Positions 34,995 through 41,938 of a stretch of DNA of 64,000 nt are shown one piece after another. The notes below the pieces were generated by a model. The model ran no database searches. It had not been told where the DNA came from and saw only the letters and a list, made by a program, of their open reading frames with translations. Both the position numbers and the translations under genes were made by a program. The stretch lies in the IMG/VR virus record IMGVR_UViG_3300036987_000083, positions 96,001 through 160,000 of that record; one strand, given 5' to 3'. The number at the start of each line of letters is the position of its first letter. Position 1 is the stretch's first letter. The DNA is from a virus.

Positions 34995-35066
34995 GCGTTC
35001 ATAGCTCAGCGGTAGAGCACCCGCCTTTTAAGCGGAGGGTCCTGGGTTCGATCCCCAGTGGACGCA
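34995..35066 (+). tRNA. trnK: tRNA-Lys(TTT)
   Basis: CCCGC-CTTTTAA-GCGGA. Confidence 0.9.
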
Positions 35067-35077
35067 CAATCCAGTTT

Positions 35078-35156
35078 CAACGAGGCGCTGCTTCGGGTTA
35101 CTTCTCTTGAAAAGAATTCCGGGAAACCGGGAACCTGGGGTGCAACATCTTCGTTG
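35078..35156 (+). ncRNA. candidate structured ncRNA A
   Basis: Terminal helix CAACGAGG/CTTCGTTG; GGGTT/AACCT stem; GAAA tetraloop hairpin; paralogous to 35176-35260. Confidence 0.55.
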
Positions 35157-35175
35157 GTTCTTTTAGTAATGTTTT

Positions 35176-35260
35176 GCGGCGAGGCGTAATCTGGGGTTCC
35201 TTCTTTAATGGAAAAGAGTCGCTGGGAAACCGGCAAACCTTGGGTAAGTATCCTCGCTGT
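35176..35260 (+). ncRNA. candidate structured ncRNA B (paralog of A)
   Basis: GCGGCGAGG/CCTCGCTGT terminal helix; compensatory changes relative to A. Confidence 0.55.
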
Positions 35261-35263
35261 TTT

Positions 35264-35335
35264 GCGGCCATAGTTCAGTGGTAGAACGCTAGCCTTCCAA
35301 GCTGGATGTCGAGGGTTCGAATCCCTCTGGCCGCT
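35264..35335 (+). tRNA. trnG: tRNA-Gly(TCC)
   Basis: CTAGC-CTTCCAA-GCTGG. Confidence 0.9.
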
Positions 35336-35364
35336 CTGCAGTAAACGACCACATGGTCGCGTCT

Positions 35365-35450
35365 GGAAAGTAAATCAGACATGGGTCTGAGCCTGGGTGC
35401 TAACCAGTGCGCACCTTCCGGGGTGTGGGGATCGAGACCTCTGCTTTCCG
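35365..35450 (+). tRNA. trnS: tRNA-Ser(GCT), atypical T-loop ATCGAGA
   Basis: CTGG-GTGCTAA-CCAG; long variable arm; GGAAAGT/GCTTTCC acceptor. Confidence 0.8.
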
Positions 35451-35456
35451 CTTAAC

Positions 35457-35531
35457 GGTCACGTAGCTCAGTTGGATTAGAGCACTCGCCTACGAAGCGA
35501 GCGGTCGGGGGTTCAAGTCCCTCCGTGATCA
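35457..35531 (+). tRNA. trnR: tRNA-Arg(ACG)
   Basis: CTCGC-CTACGAA-GCGAG. Confidence 0.9.
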
Positions 35532-35545
35532 CTGAAGCGCTGTTC

Positions 35546-35617
35546 GCGGGCATAGCTCAGAGGCAGAGCGCCAAGTTCCCATCTTGGATGCCGAGGGTTC
35601 AATTCCCTCTGCCCGCT
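35546..35617 (+). tRNA. trnG: tRNA-Gly(CCC)
   Basis: CCAAG-TTCCCAT-CTTGG. Confidence 0.9.
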
Positions 35618-35643
35618 CTGTAAAGGCAAAGGCAGCTCAATGC

Positions 35644-35672
35644 CTGAGAAACTGAGAAACTGAGAAACTGAG
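35644..35672 (+). repeat. short tandem repeat (CTGAGAAA) x3.5
   Basis: Read directly. Confidence 0.85.
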
Positions 35673-35810
35673 AGACGAGGCGTAAGTGAGAGCTACTCCA
35701 TGGATCTGTGGGTCGGGGGTTCGAATCTCCCTACAAGGATGTACTTGCATAGCTCAGCCTGGTAGAGCAACAGAATAAAAGATGCTTTCACTCAAGTACC
35801 ATCCTCGTCT
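35673..35810 (+). ncRNA. YrlA-like Y RNA (permuted tRNA-like domain on a long terminal stem)
   Basis: Order: stem, T-arm (GGGGG TTCGAAT CTCCC), closed acceptor hairpin, D-arm (GCTC AGCCTGGTA GAGC), stem; AGACGAGG/CCTCGTCT and GTGAGAGC/GCTTTCAC helices. Confidence 0.7.
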
Positions 35811-35817
35811 GTTGTAT

Positions 35818-35889
35818 TGGAGAGTGGCGCAATGGTAGCGCAGCGGTTTCTGAAGCCGTTGGTTGAAGGTTCAAGTCCTTCCTCTCCAG
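35818..35889 (+). tRNA. trnQ: tRNA-Gln(CTG)
   Basis: GCGGT-TTCTGAA-GCCGT. Confidence 0.88.
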
Positions 35890-35890
35890 C

Positions 35891-36160
35891 ATGAAAACAA
35901 AGCGAAGCAAGAAGAGTTCGGTTGGTGTCATGAAGCCTAGAGGTTTGAAAAGCCCGAAGGTCTCCTTCGAAGCCTCCTTGGAGATTCTACTCAGTCGTCC
36001 CGAGAAGTATGTTGCACAGAAGCACGAATACCTGCGAAGAGCCTGCAGGCGCATCATGAACATTGACATCGACGGCCAGAAGTACCTGATGGTGTGCGCC
36101 CTGCATCCGGGCCACAAGGCTGCGTGGCACGAGGATGTTGACGGGGGAGTGTACTGGTGA
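35891..36160 (+). CDS. hypothetical protein
   Basis: ORF directly after tRNA; stop overlaps the next start. Confidence 0.55.
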   Translation: MKTKRSKKSSVGVMKPRGLKSPKVSFEASLEILLSRPEKYVAQKHEYLRRACRRIMNIDIDGQKYLMVCALHPGHKAAWHEDVDGGVYW

Positions 36161-36501
36161 TTTTTACGTTCGGTAGCAATTTAGCGGGACGTCACGGCAA
36201 GGGCGCTGCGCTCTTTGCTTGGAAAAACCACGGCGCGGTGTATGGCCAGGGAGTAGGTCCGCAAGGTAACGCGTACGCTATTCCTACCAAGGATGCATCT
36301 ATCAGGACGCTTCCTCTTGTAAAAATCAAACCCTACGTAGAAGACTTCATCACTTACGCGAGAGCGAATCCGACGCTCAAGTTTCAAGTTACAAGAATCG
36401 GGTGTGGCTTGGCGGGTTACAAAGATTCGGATATCGCCCCGATGTTCAAGGGTGTGCCTCCGAATTGCGAAATGCCGACGGAATGGGTCGGACTGTACTA
36501 G
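36157..36501 (+). CDS. macrodomain-like phage protein (FGSNLAGRHGxGAA family)
   Basis: IFTFGSNLAGRHGKGAA...AYAIPTKD...FQVTRIGCGLAGY. Confidence 0.75.
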   Translation: MIFTFGSNLAGRHGKGAALFAWKNHGAVYGQGVGPQGNAYAIPTKDASIRTLPLVKIKPYVEDFITYARANPTLKFQVTRIGCGLAGYKDSDIAPMFKGVPPNCEMPTEWVGLY

Positions 36502-36531
36502 GCTTTGATTCTGTGTCATAGTTCAAAACCC

Positions 36532-36879
36532 ATGGCCTACAAGAAGAAGCAAGAGCAACGAGATAGTTGGAATCGTTGGTATGCTCGTAATCAAACGAAA
36601 GTAAGAAAGGCCGTTCGTAAGCGAAAACTAGAGACGAAGCAGTGGCTTGATGCCTATAAGGCTACTCTCCGATGTGAGCACTGTGATGAAAATCACCCAT
36701 CCTGTCTTCAGTTTCACCATCTCGACCCCACCAAGAAGGATTTGGAAGTCTCTCTCGGCCCCCAGTGGGGATGGAACATCAAACGTATTCTAAGAGAAAT
36801 CGCAAAGTGCGCGATCCTTTGTGCCAATTGTCATATTAAGGAGCATTTCAAACTGAAGGGGTGTGGCCGAATGGCTTAG
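36532..36879 (+). CDS. HNH endonuclease (last codons and stop lie inside tRNA-Gln)
   Basis: CEHC...LQFHHLDP...KCAILCANCH. Confidence 0.85.
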   Translation: MAYKKKQEQRDSWNRWYARNQTKVRKAVRKRKLETKQWLDAYKATLRCEHCDENHPSCLQFHHLDPTKKDLEVSLGPQWGWNIKRILREIAKCAILCANCHIKEHFKLKGCGRMA

Positions 36880-36928
36880 GCGACGGGCTTTGAATCCGTT
36901 CATCAAGGTTCGATTCCTTGCGCCCCTG
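36857..36928 (+). tRNA. trnQ: tRNA-Gln(TTG)
   Basis: ACGGG-CTTTGAA-TCCGT. Confidence 0.85.
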
Positions 36929-36955
36929 TTCAAGGTTCGAGTCCTTGCACCCCAG
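36929..36955 (+). pseudogene. 3' remnant (T-arm + acceptor strand) of a second tRNA-Gln
   Basis: CAAGG TTCGAGT CCTTG CACCCCAG, a variant of the preceding tRNA 3' end. Confidence 0.7.
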
Positions 36956-36959
36956 TATT

Positions 36960-37032
36960 GCCCGCTTAGCTCAGATGGCAGAGCAACGCATTTGTAATGC
37001 GAAGGTCGTGGGTTCAATTCCCTCAGCGGGCT
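36960..37032 (+). tRNA. trnT: tRNA-Thr(TGT)
   Basis: ACGCA-TTTGTAA-TGCGA. Confidence 0.9.
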
Positions 37033-37049
37033 CTGAAACGAGCCACAAC

Positions 37050-37121
37050 GGGCCTATAGCTCAACGGTAGAGCTGGCGGCTCATAACCGCTTGGTTCCAG
37101 GTTCAAATCCTGGTGGGCCCA
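37050..37121 (+). tRNA. trnI: tRNA(CAT), probably Ile2 (lysidine type)
   Basis: GGCGG-CTCATAA-CCGCT; GGGCCTA acceptor typical of Ile2. Confidence 0.75.
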
Positions 37122-37138
37122 CAAATTTCAAGTCGTAT

Positions 37139-37212
37139 TCTCTGGTAGCTCAGTTGGTAGCAGCGGGTGACTGTTAATCACTAGGTCGCAGGTTCGAGTC
37201 CTGCCCAGAGAG
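37139..37212 (+). tRNA. trnN: tRNA-Asn(GTT)
   Basis: GGTGA-CTGTTAA-TCACT. Confidence 0.9.
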
Positions 37213-37338
37213 CTTTACGTCATGGCATGTTCACGACGCTTTGACAAGGAATGACGGAATTACAATTTCGCTTTTCAGCAAGGTAGGTCCAGTTTTTACT
37301 GCTCACGACAGTGTCAATGGGCTGGGCAGGTGAAGAAT

Positions 37339-37412
37339 GCACTCTGAGCTGATCTGGTGATAGCAATGGGCCGTTAACCCATCCGTGCTCGGTTCGATTC
37401 CGAGAGAGTGCG
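37339..37412 (+). tRNA. second tRNA(GTT), atypical (C33, G1:C72)
   Basis: GCACTCT/AGAGTGC acceptor; ATGGG-CCGTTAA-CCCAT. Confidence 0.7.
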
Positions 37413-37500
37413 CAAGCAGCAACAGCAGGGTTCGACTCCCTGAGAATCCTCTGCTACAGTTAAGCGGTAGACAGTGTGAGTTGTTTGGGCGTCGGCCCCC

Positions 37501-37929
37501 TTGCGGGAAAAAGCTTGGCTCTCGTCATGCGATGCTAGTACAGTAAATTCCGCAGGAATTGCTTTGGGAGTGGCCTTGTCTACCAAAAGAAAGAACCCGG
37601 AATCGGCTTCTCCGCGTGCTAACAGGGCTAGCAGGCTTGAGGCTCGGGTGCTACAACTCGAACTCGACATGCACAGCATGCGGACAAAAATGGACGACCT
37701 CGGCGACGACTTGCTCGCGCTTCGTACTACGGTCAAGCAAGTAGACGAGCGTACCCTTCGAGGGGAAGCCGTGATGTTGTCCATGCAGTTGTCCCAACGT
37801 CGAGTGGAGCGGGTGCTAGACGCCGTAGCCGAGAAGCTACAAGTGTCAACAGCTACAGTTGACCGACGCGAAGTAGAACCCCCTGATCCACCTGACGAGG
37901 ACGCGGATCTTGATGCGAGGCACAAATGA
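37501..37929 (+). CDS. coiled-coil hypothetical protein (true start uncertain)
   Basis: Heptad pattern LEARVLQLELDM; stop overlaps the next start. Confidence 0.55.
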   Translation: MREKAWLSSCDASTVNSAGIALGVALSTKRKNPESASPRANRASRLEARVLQLELDMHSMRTKMDDLGDDLLALRTTVKQVDERTLRGEAVMLSMQLSQRRVERVLDAVAEKLQVSTATVDRREVEPPDPPDEDADLDARHK

Positions 37930-38534
37930 GTGACATCCTTCTTCCGGCTCTTGTGCTGGCTGCCCCTGCGGCGCCTGCAACTACCGTAGCCTCTGTGGCC
38001 CCGGTAGCCCCTGCAGCCCCTGTGACTACTGCGGACCCTTTGACGCCGCTTTACGCGCTAGTAGGCAGCTTGGTGCTCCTGCAGCTCATCAAGTCCGGAT
38101 TCGCATTCGTGAGGTGGCTGGGGGCGAGAACTGTCGCGAACGAGGACAAGGATAAAGCGGAAGTCCGGCGGCAGATTGAGGAGCAAAAGTTGGAGATGCG
38201 CAAGCAGAAAGAAGAACACGAAGCTCGGTTTGAAGAAATCGACAGGACCGTTTCAGCTATTGACCGCGCGATGGGCACGGTTCAGCTAGAGATGAAGCAA
38301 GTGCTCTCAACGGTAGAGTCAACCCGAGGGATGGTTGTTGAAATCAAGGGCTCGATGGACAACCGGTTCGAAAAGCAATCAGATTTCTACCGAGGCCAGA
38401 TTAAAGAGCTGTTGGTCGGTGTGGACAAGCGCCTGGAGGACTTGGAATATGCGCTACGGCAAGATATGTCCAGGGCCATCCACGACTCGGCGATGATGAG
38501 CAAGACCGCCAGCGCGAAGCGCCAAAAGTCATAA
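37926..38534 (+). CDS. single-TM coiled-coil membrane protein (possibly holin-like)
   Basis: LYALVGSLVLLQLIKSGFAFVRWLG followed by coiled coil. Confidence 0.6.
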   Translation: MSDILLPALVLAAPAAPATTVASVAPVAPAAPVTTADPLTPLYALVGSLVLLQLIKSGFAFVRWLGARTVANEDKDKAEVRRQIEEQKLEMRKQKEEHEARFEEIDRTVSAIDRAMGTVQLEMKQVLSTVESTRGMVVEIKGSMDNRFEKQSDFYRGQIKELLVGVDKRLEDLEYALRQDMSRAIHDSAMMSKTASAKRQKS

Positions 38535-38885
38535 CCAAGCCAAAGCCATCCGGATGTCTGCGATGCTTGGCGGCTTAGCAATGACCATCTGAATCACCCG
38601 ACTTCTGAGTGCGTCTTTAATCGTGTACTCTTGGGGTGCTGCGGTGATGAGGACGCGGCGCACTTCGGGCCGATTTTGTTGCCAGACCGTCAACACGTCG
38701 ATGCCGTCAAGCTTGGGCATCATCAAGTCCGTCAGGACTGCGACGATGTCGGCATCCTGTTGGTACTTGGTTGCCGCCGCCATGGAGTCCAGCTCCAAAA
38801 TAGACTCAAATCCGCAGAAGTCTACGACTTCGCTGATTAGGCGGGCGACCGAAGCGTCATCATCGATGCAAAGCACTCGTTTCAT
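38529..38885 (-). CDS. stand-alone CheY-like response regulator receiver domain
   Basis: VLCIDDD, LTDLMMPKLDG (phospho-acceptor Asp), LIT, AKP. Confidence 0.9.
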   Translation of the reverse strand: MKRVLCIDDDASVARLISEVVDFCGFESILELDSMAAATKYQQDADIVAVLTDLMMPKLDGIDVLTVWQQNRPEVRRVLITAAPQEYTIKDALRSRVIQMVIAKPPSIADIRMALAWL

Positions 38886-38911
38886 ACCCGTAGTTTGCCT
38901 CAAGAAGCTCT

Positions 38912-38983
38912 GACGAGATAGCCAAGCGGAAAGGCAAGGGGCTGCAAACCCCTCATGCGTGGGTTCAATCCCCACTCTCGTCT
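38912..38983 (+). tRNA. trnC: tRNA-Cys(GCA)
   Basis: AGGGG-CTGCAAA-CCCCT. Confidence 0.9.
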
Positions 38984-39038
38984 TCACTCTTTCAGGAGGT
39001 CGTTATGCGAATAGATACCTAACAAGGAGCTATTCACC

Positions 39039-39233
39039 ATGAGCAGGACCAACAAGACGCGTGGATACGGCCGCAAGGGCAAGCACCTCCAGTGGGCGAA
39101 GCAGGAGGGTAACCAACGCGTCAGACACCAGGTGCATGAACGTCTGAAAGACATTCCCTTCACCGACGCCTTCGACGAGAAGGCGCTGCCCGAGAAGAAC
39201 ATCGAGATTTTCGATCGATGGTACTACGATTGA
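39039..39233 (+). CDS. small basic hypothetical protein
   Basis: AAGGAG upstream; ORF track. Confidence 0.5.
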   Translation: MSRTNKTRGYGRKGKHLQWAKQEGNQRVRHQVHERLKDIPFTDAFDEKALPEKNIEIFDRWYYD

Positions 39234-39263
39234 AGTACCTGCTGGAGGCGACTCCAGCAGCAA

Positions 39264-39336
39264 GGCCCCGTCAGTCTAAAGGCTAGGACGCCGCCCTCTC
39301 ACGGCGGAAATGCGAGTTCGATTCTCGCCGGGGTCA
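39264..39336 (+). tRNA. trnE: tRNA-Glu(CTC)
   Basis: CCGCC-CTCTCAC-GGCGG. Confidence 0.9.
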
Positions 39337-39489
39337 CATGAAACCGTATTCACAGGCTTACGACGCGACCAAGATGAGGAAAGAGTGTTGGCGTGGGGCT
39401 CCGTATGCGTCTAGGAATCGCTCATACAAAAAGGCGATGCGCAGGAAAGCAAAAATTCAGATTCAAAAAGAAGTCGTAGCGTAACACCC

Positions 39490-39561
39490 GGCCCTATCGT
39501 CTAGCGGCAAGGACACTGGCTTTTCAATCCGGGAACGAGAGTTCAATTCTCTCTAGGGTCA
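39490..39561 (+). tRNA. trnE: tRNA-Glu(TTC)
   Basis: CTGGC-TTTTCAA-TCCGG. Confidence 0.85.
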
Positions 39562-39563
39562 CT

Positions 39564-39689
39564 CTGGGTATAGCTTAAGAGCATGGGTCTTTTCCTCCCG
39601 TAACTTCGAAGCTACGTTGGAAAAGCGAAGTGGCTTGGTAGAGCACGCCCCTTAAGGCGAGGATCCTGGTGCGAGTCCGGGTGCCTGGA
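39564..39689 (+). ncRNA. tRNA-like RNA with a ~55-nt hairpin inserted in the D-loop
   Basis: D-stem halves GCTT/GAGC flank a CTTTTCC/GGAAAAG hairpin; CGCC-CCTTAA-GGCG arm; T-loop TGCGAGT. Confidence 0.55.
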
Positions 39690-39709
39690 CTTGTAGGTGT
39701 AGTTGGGAA

Positions 39710-39762
39710 CGGGAAGTAGCGCAGTCTGGTAGCGCATAGCATCTTGGATATGCTAGAGGTCG
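39710..39762 (+). pseudogene. 5' portion of a tRNA-Pro(TGG) lacking T-arm and 3' acceptor
   Basis: CGGGAAG TA GCGC AGTCTGGTA GCGC A TAGCAT-CTTGGAT-ATGCTA GAGGTCG, then the HNH start. Confidence 0.75.
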
Positions 39763-39765
39763 ACG

Positions 39766-40134
39766 ATGTCCTCGACCATGCAGCAGTATCGCGACCGCAT
39801 TTCTAGGCTGACTGTGCTTTTAGGGAGTAAATGTGTAGGCTGTGGGGCTACACAAGATCTTCAGTTTGATCACATAGACCCCACCACTAAGTTGTTTACG
39901 GTTACAAAGGGCTGGGCCTTCTCATGGGAGAAGGTACTGACGGAGGCTAGGAAGTGTCAGCTCCTTTGCAAAAAGTGTCATGAAGCTAAGTCGCTAGCGG
40001 CCGGAGATATCCCGCCTAGAGCACTACACGGCACAGAGGGACGATATCGACACCACAAGTGCCGGTGTGCTCTATGCAAAGAAGCACATCGAGATAGGAT
40101 GCGAGAGTATAGATTGTGTAAAAACGGGGTATAG
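39766..40134 (+). CDS. HNH endonuclease (stop codon lies inside tRNA-Pro)
   Basis: CVGC...LQFDHIDP...KCQLLCKKCH; HGT..RY..KCRC..C tail. Confidence 0.85.
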   Translation: MSSTMQQYRDRISRLTVLLGSKCVGCGATQDLQFDHIDPTTKLFTVTKGWAFSWEKVLTEARKCQLLCKKCHEAKSLAAGDIPPRALHGTEGRYRHHKCRCALCKEAHRDRMREYRLCKNGV

Positions 40135-40198
40135 CGAAGCTTGGTATCGCGTCTGCTTTGGGAGCAGAAGATCGCTGGTTCAAATCCAGCTACCCCGA
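40125..40198 (+). tRNA. trnP: tRNA-Pro(TGG)
   Basis: TCTGC-TTTGGGA-GCAGA. Confidence 0.9.
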
Positions 40199-40274
40199 CA
40201 AAGTTGCCTGAAGTAACTAACACAAGACTCTGGTCTGTTTCGGTCAGAGGTTGGCCTTCTGTGCAACTCAATAA

Positions 40275-40348
40275 CGAGCTGTAGCACAGCCTGGTAGTGC
40301 GTACCCTTGGGGTGGGTAAGGTCGCTGGTTCGAATCCAGTCAGCTCGA
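40275..40348 (+). tRNA. trnP: tRNA-Pro(GGG)
   Basis: TACCC-TTGGGGT-GGGTA. Confidence 0.9.
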
Positions 40349-40375
40349 CATCGAATGAATGAATGAATGAAGCAC

Positions 40376-40449
40376 CGAGGAGTAGCTCAGCCTGGTAGAG
40401 CACTTGGTTCGGGACCAAGGGGTCGCAGGTTCGATTCCTGTCTCCTCGA
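40376..40449 (+). tRNA. trnP: tRNA-Pro(CGG)
   Basis: CTTGG-TTCGGGA-CCAAG. Confidence 0.9.
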
Positions 40450-40462
40450 CTTGGAGGAAAGC

Positions 40463-40702
40463 ATGAAAACAAACCATCAACGTCAGTTCAAAGCAGTCGG
40501 GGGTTTCGCGTTGCGAGTTCGATACGACTCGCAAACCAAGAAGCTGCCGATTGGGCTTGGAAGTGTAGGGGCTTCTTACGGTGGCGACGCTGTGAATGGG
40601 CATCGAGGCGAAGCGAAGGTGAAGCGGGGTGCGAAGAAGTACCTCCGAAACCAAGTGAGAAAGACCGCCTTCGTACACATTCGGGACTCTAGCGAAGCTT
40701 GA
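40463..40702 (+). CDS. small basic hypothetical protein
   Basis: GGAGG RBS before ATG 40463. Confidence 0.55.
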   Translation: MKTNHQRQFKAVGGFALRVRYDSQTKKLPIGLGSVGASYGGDAVNGHRGEAKVKRGAKKYLRNQVRKTAFVHIRDSSEA

Positions 40703-40771
40703 TAGTGGCGCACTACCTGAAGAAATGGATGTCAGGTTGGTGGAGAAAATGACGTAGATTCAGCAGCACAC

Positions 40772-40843
40772 GCGCCTGTAGCTCAGTGGTAGAGCAATCG
40801 CTTGATAAGCGATAGGCCGATGGTTCGAGCCCATCTAGGCGCA
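40772..40843 (+). tRNA. trnI: tRNA-Ile(GAT)
   Basis: ATCGC-TTGATAA-GCGAT. Confidence 0.9.
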
Positions 40844-40847
40844 CTGT

Positions 40848-40997
40848 TTCACCCGGCCGAGTAATTCTTACACGCAATCGTCATATGTTGGTTCGAATCC
40901 AACCCTCCCCACCTCACGGGGAGGTAGCCAAACTGGTTAGGCAACGGCCTATTAAGCCGTCTCGCAAGAGACTCTATGGATTTCTCACTCGGGTGAA
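40848..40997 (+). ncRNA. circularly permuted tRNA-like RNA (T-arm, closed acceptor, D-arm, anticodon-like arm ATT)
   Basis: GTTGG TTCGAAT CCAAC; CCTCCCC-ACCTCAC-GGGGAGG; GCC AAACTGGTTA GGC; ACGGC-CTATTAA-GCCGT; outer TTCACCCG/CGGGTGAA. Confidence 0.7.
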
Positions 40998-41008
40998 GCA
41001 AACTGTAT

Positions 41009-41080
41009 GGCGGTCGTAGCTCAGTGGTAGAGCGTTTGGCTGTGACCCAGAAGGCGCGGGTTCGATTCCCGCCGACCGCC
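41009..41080 (+). tRNA. trnH: tRNA-His(GTG) with G-1/C73
   Basis: TTTGG-CTGTGAC-CCAGA. Confidence 0.9.
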
Positions 41081-41140
41081 CAGTAAGTAACTGGTGGTGT
41101 TGCAAACGTAGGGGGCTGGTATCCCTGCGTAGTTTTTCTT

Positions 41141-41214
41141 GGGGTATTAGAGGAGAGGCCGTCCTCGTTAGCCTGTCACGCTGAAGATCACGGGTTCGAA
41201 TCCCGTATACCCCG
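41141..41214 (+). tRNA. trnD: tRNA-Asp(GTC)
   Basis: TTAGC-CTGTCAC-GCTGA. Confidence 0.9.
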
Positions 41215-41226
41215 CTGTAACGCAAC

Positions 41227-41299
41227 GCGGATCTAGCAATGATGGTTCATGCACTCGCCTGAAGAGCGAAGTATCTCGGTTCGATTCCGAGGGTCCGCA
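41227..41299 (+). tRNA. trnF: tRNA-Phe(GAA)
   Basis: CTCGC-CTGAAGA-GCGAA. Confidence 0.88.
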
Positions 41300-41300
41300 C

Positions 41301-41717
41301 ATGATTAAACGCGAAGATTGCAAAGAACGAGTCCTGTACCGCATTCACTCTAGGAACTTGGAGTTCGGCGTATTTGATTCCAAGGATGGTGGCTTCATCG
41401 GCTTGCGTGAGAAGTTCGGGGAGACGTTTATTTTCAAGGAGTATCACTACGACAACGGCGCTCCCTACGGGACGGTTCGACCCGAAGAAGCGTTGCCTGA
41501 GCGACTGCCAGATGCGATTCTGTTGGCGGCAAGTCGTCCAGGTTCTGTTTGTGGTTGTTGTGATCAGTTTGTCGATTTCGACGAAAAGCTTCCACCTAAG
41601 GAGCGCTGGTTTCACTTGGTGGAGTCAAGCTGCAAAGAGGTAAGGCCGCACTCAAGAGGTAACCCGGATTTCGGAAAGTGGTTACACGAGATGGAAGATA
41701 AGTACCGCAGTAAGTAG
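41301..41717 (+). CDS. hypothetical phage protein
   Basis: ORF fills the gap between tRNA-Phe and tRNA-Ala. Confidence 0.65.
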   Translation: MIKREDCKERVLYRIHSRNLEFGVFDSKDGGFIGLREKFGETFIFKEYHYDNGAPYGTVRPEEALPERLPDAILLAASRPGSVCGCCDQFVDFDEKLPPKERWFHLVESSCKEVRPHSRGNPDFGKWLHEMEDKYRSK

Positions 41718-41722
41718 CAACT

Positions 41723-41795
41723 GGGGCTGTAGCTCACTTGGGAGAGCGCTTCCATGGCATGGAAGAGGTAGTCGGTTCGATCCCGTCCAGCTCCA
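41723..41795 (+). tRNA. trnA: tRNA-Ala(GGC)
   Basis: CTTCC-ATGGCAT-GGAAG; G3:U70. Confidence 0.9.
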
Positions 41796-41866
41796 CAAAG
41801 CCGAACCAGAGACGGAGTTCTCGTCTCTGAGAGGCGCCTTTTATGCGCCTCGTGTTCGGCTGTAAT

Positions 41867-41938
41867 GCGCGATTAGCTCAGAGGTAGAGTATCGGCGTGA
41901 CAAGCCGGGGGTCGGGGGTTCAATTCCCTCATCGCGCA
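41867..41938 (+). tRNA. trnV: tRNA-Val(GAC)
   Basis: TCGGC-GTGACAA-GCCGG. Confidence 0.88.

Noticed and set aside
35191-35226. Ochre-suppressor tRNA (TTA) reading of ncRNA B
   Set aside because: No 5-bp stem with a 7-nt loop can be formed around TTA, and there is no T-arm.
35644-35672. CRISPR-like repeats (CTGAGAAA x3.5; also GAAT x4 at 40353-40369)
   Set aside because: These are short tandem repeats without spacers. No CRISPR array or cas gene was seen anywhere in the window.
37241-37266. TTGACA...TACAAT promoter
   Set aside because: The spacer is only 14 bp, which is incompatible with sigma70 geometry.
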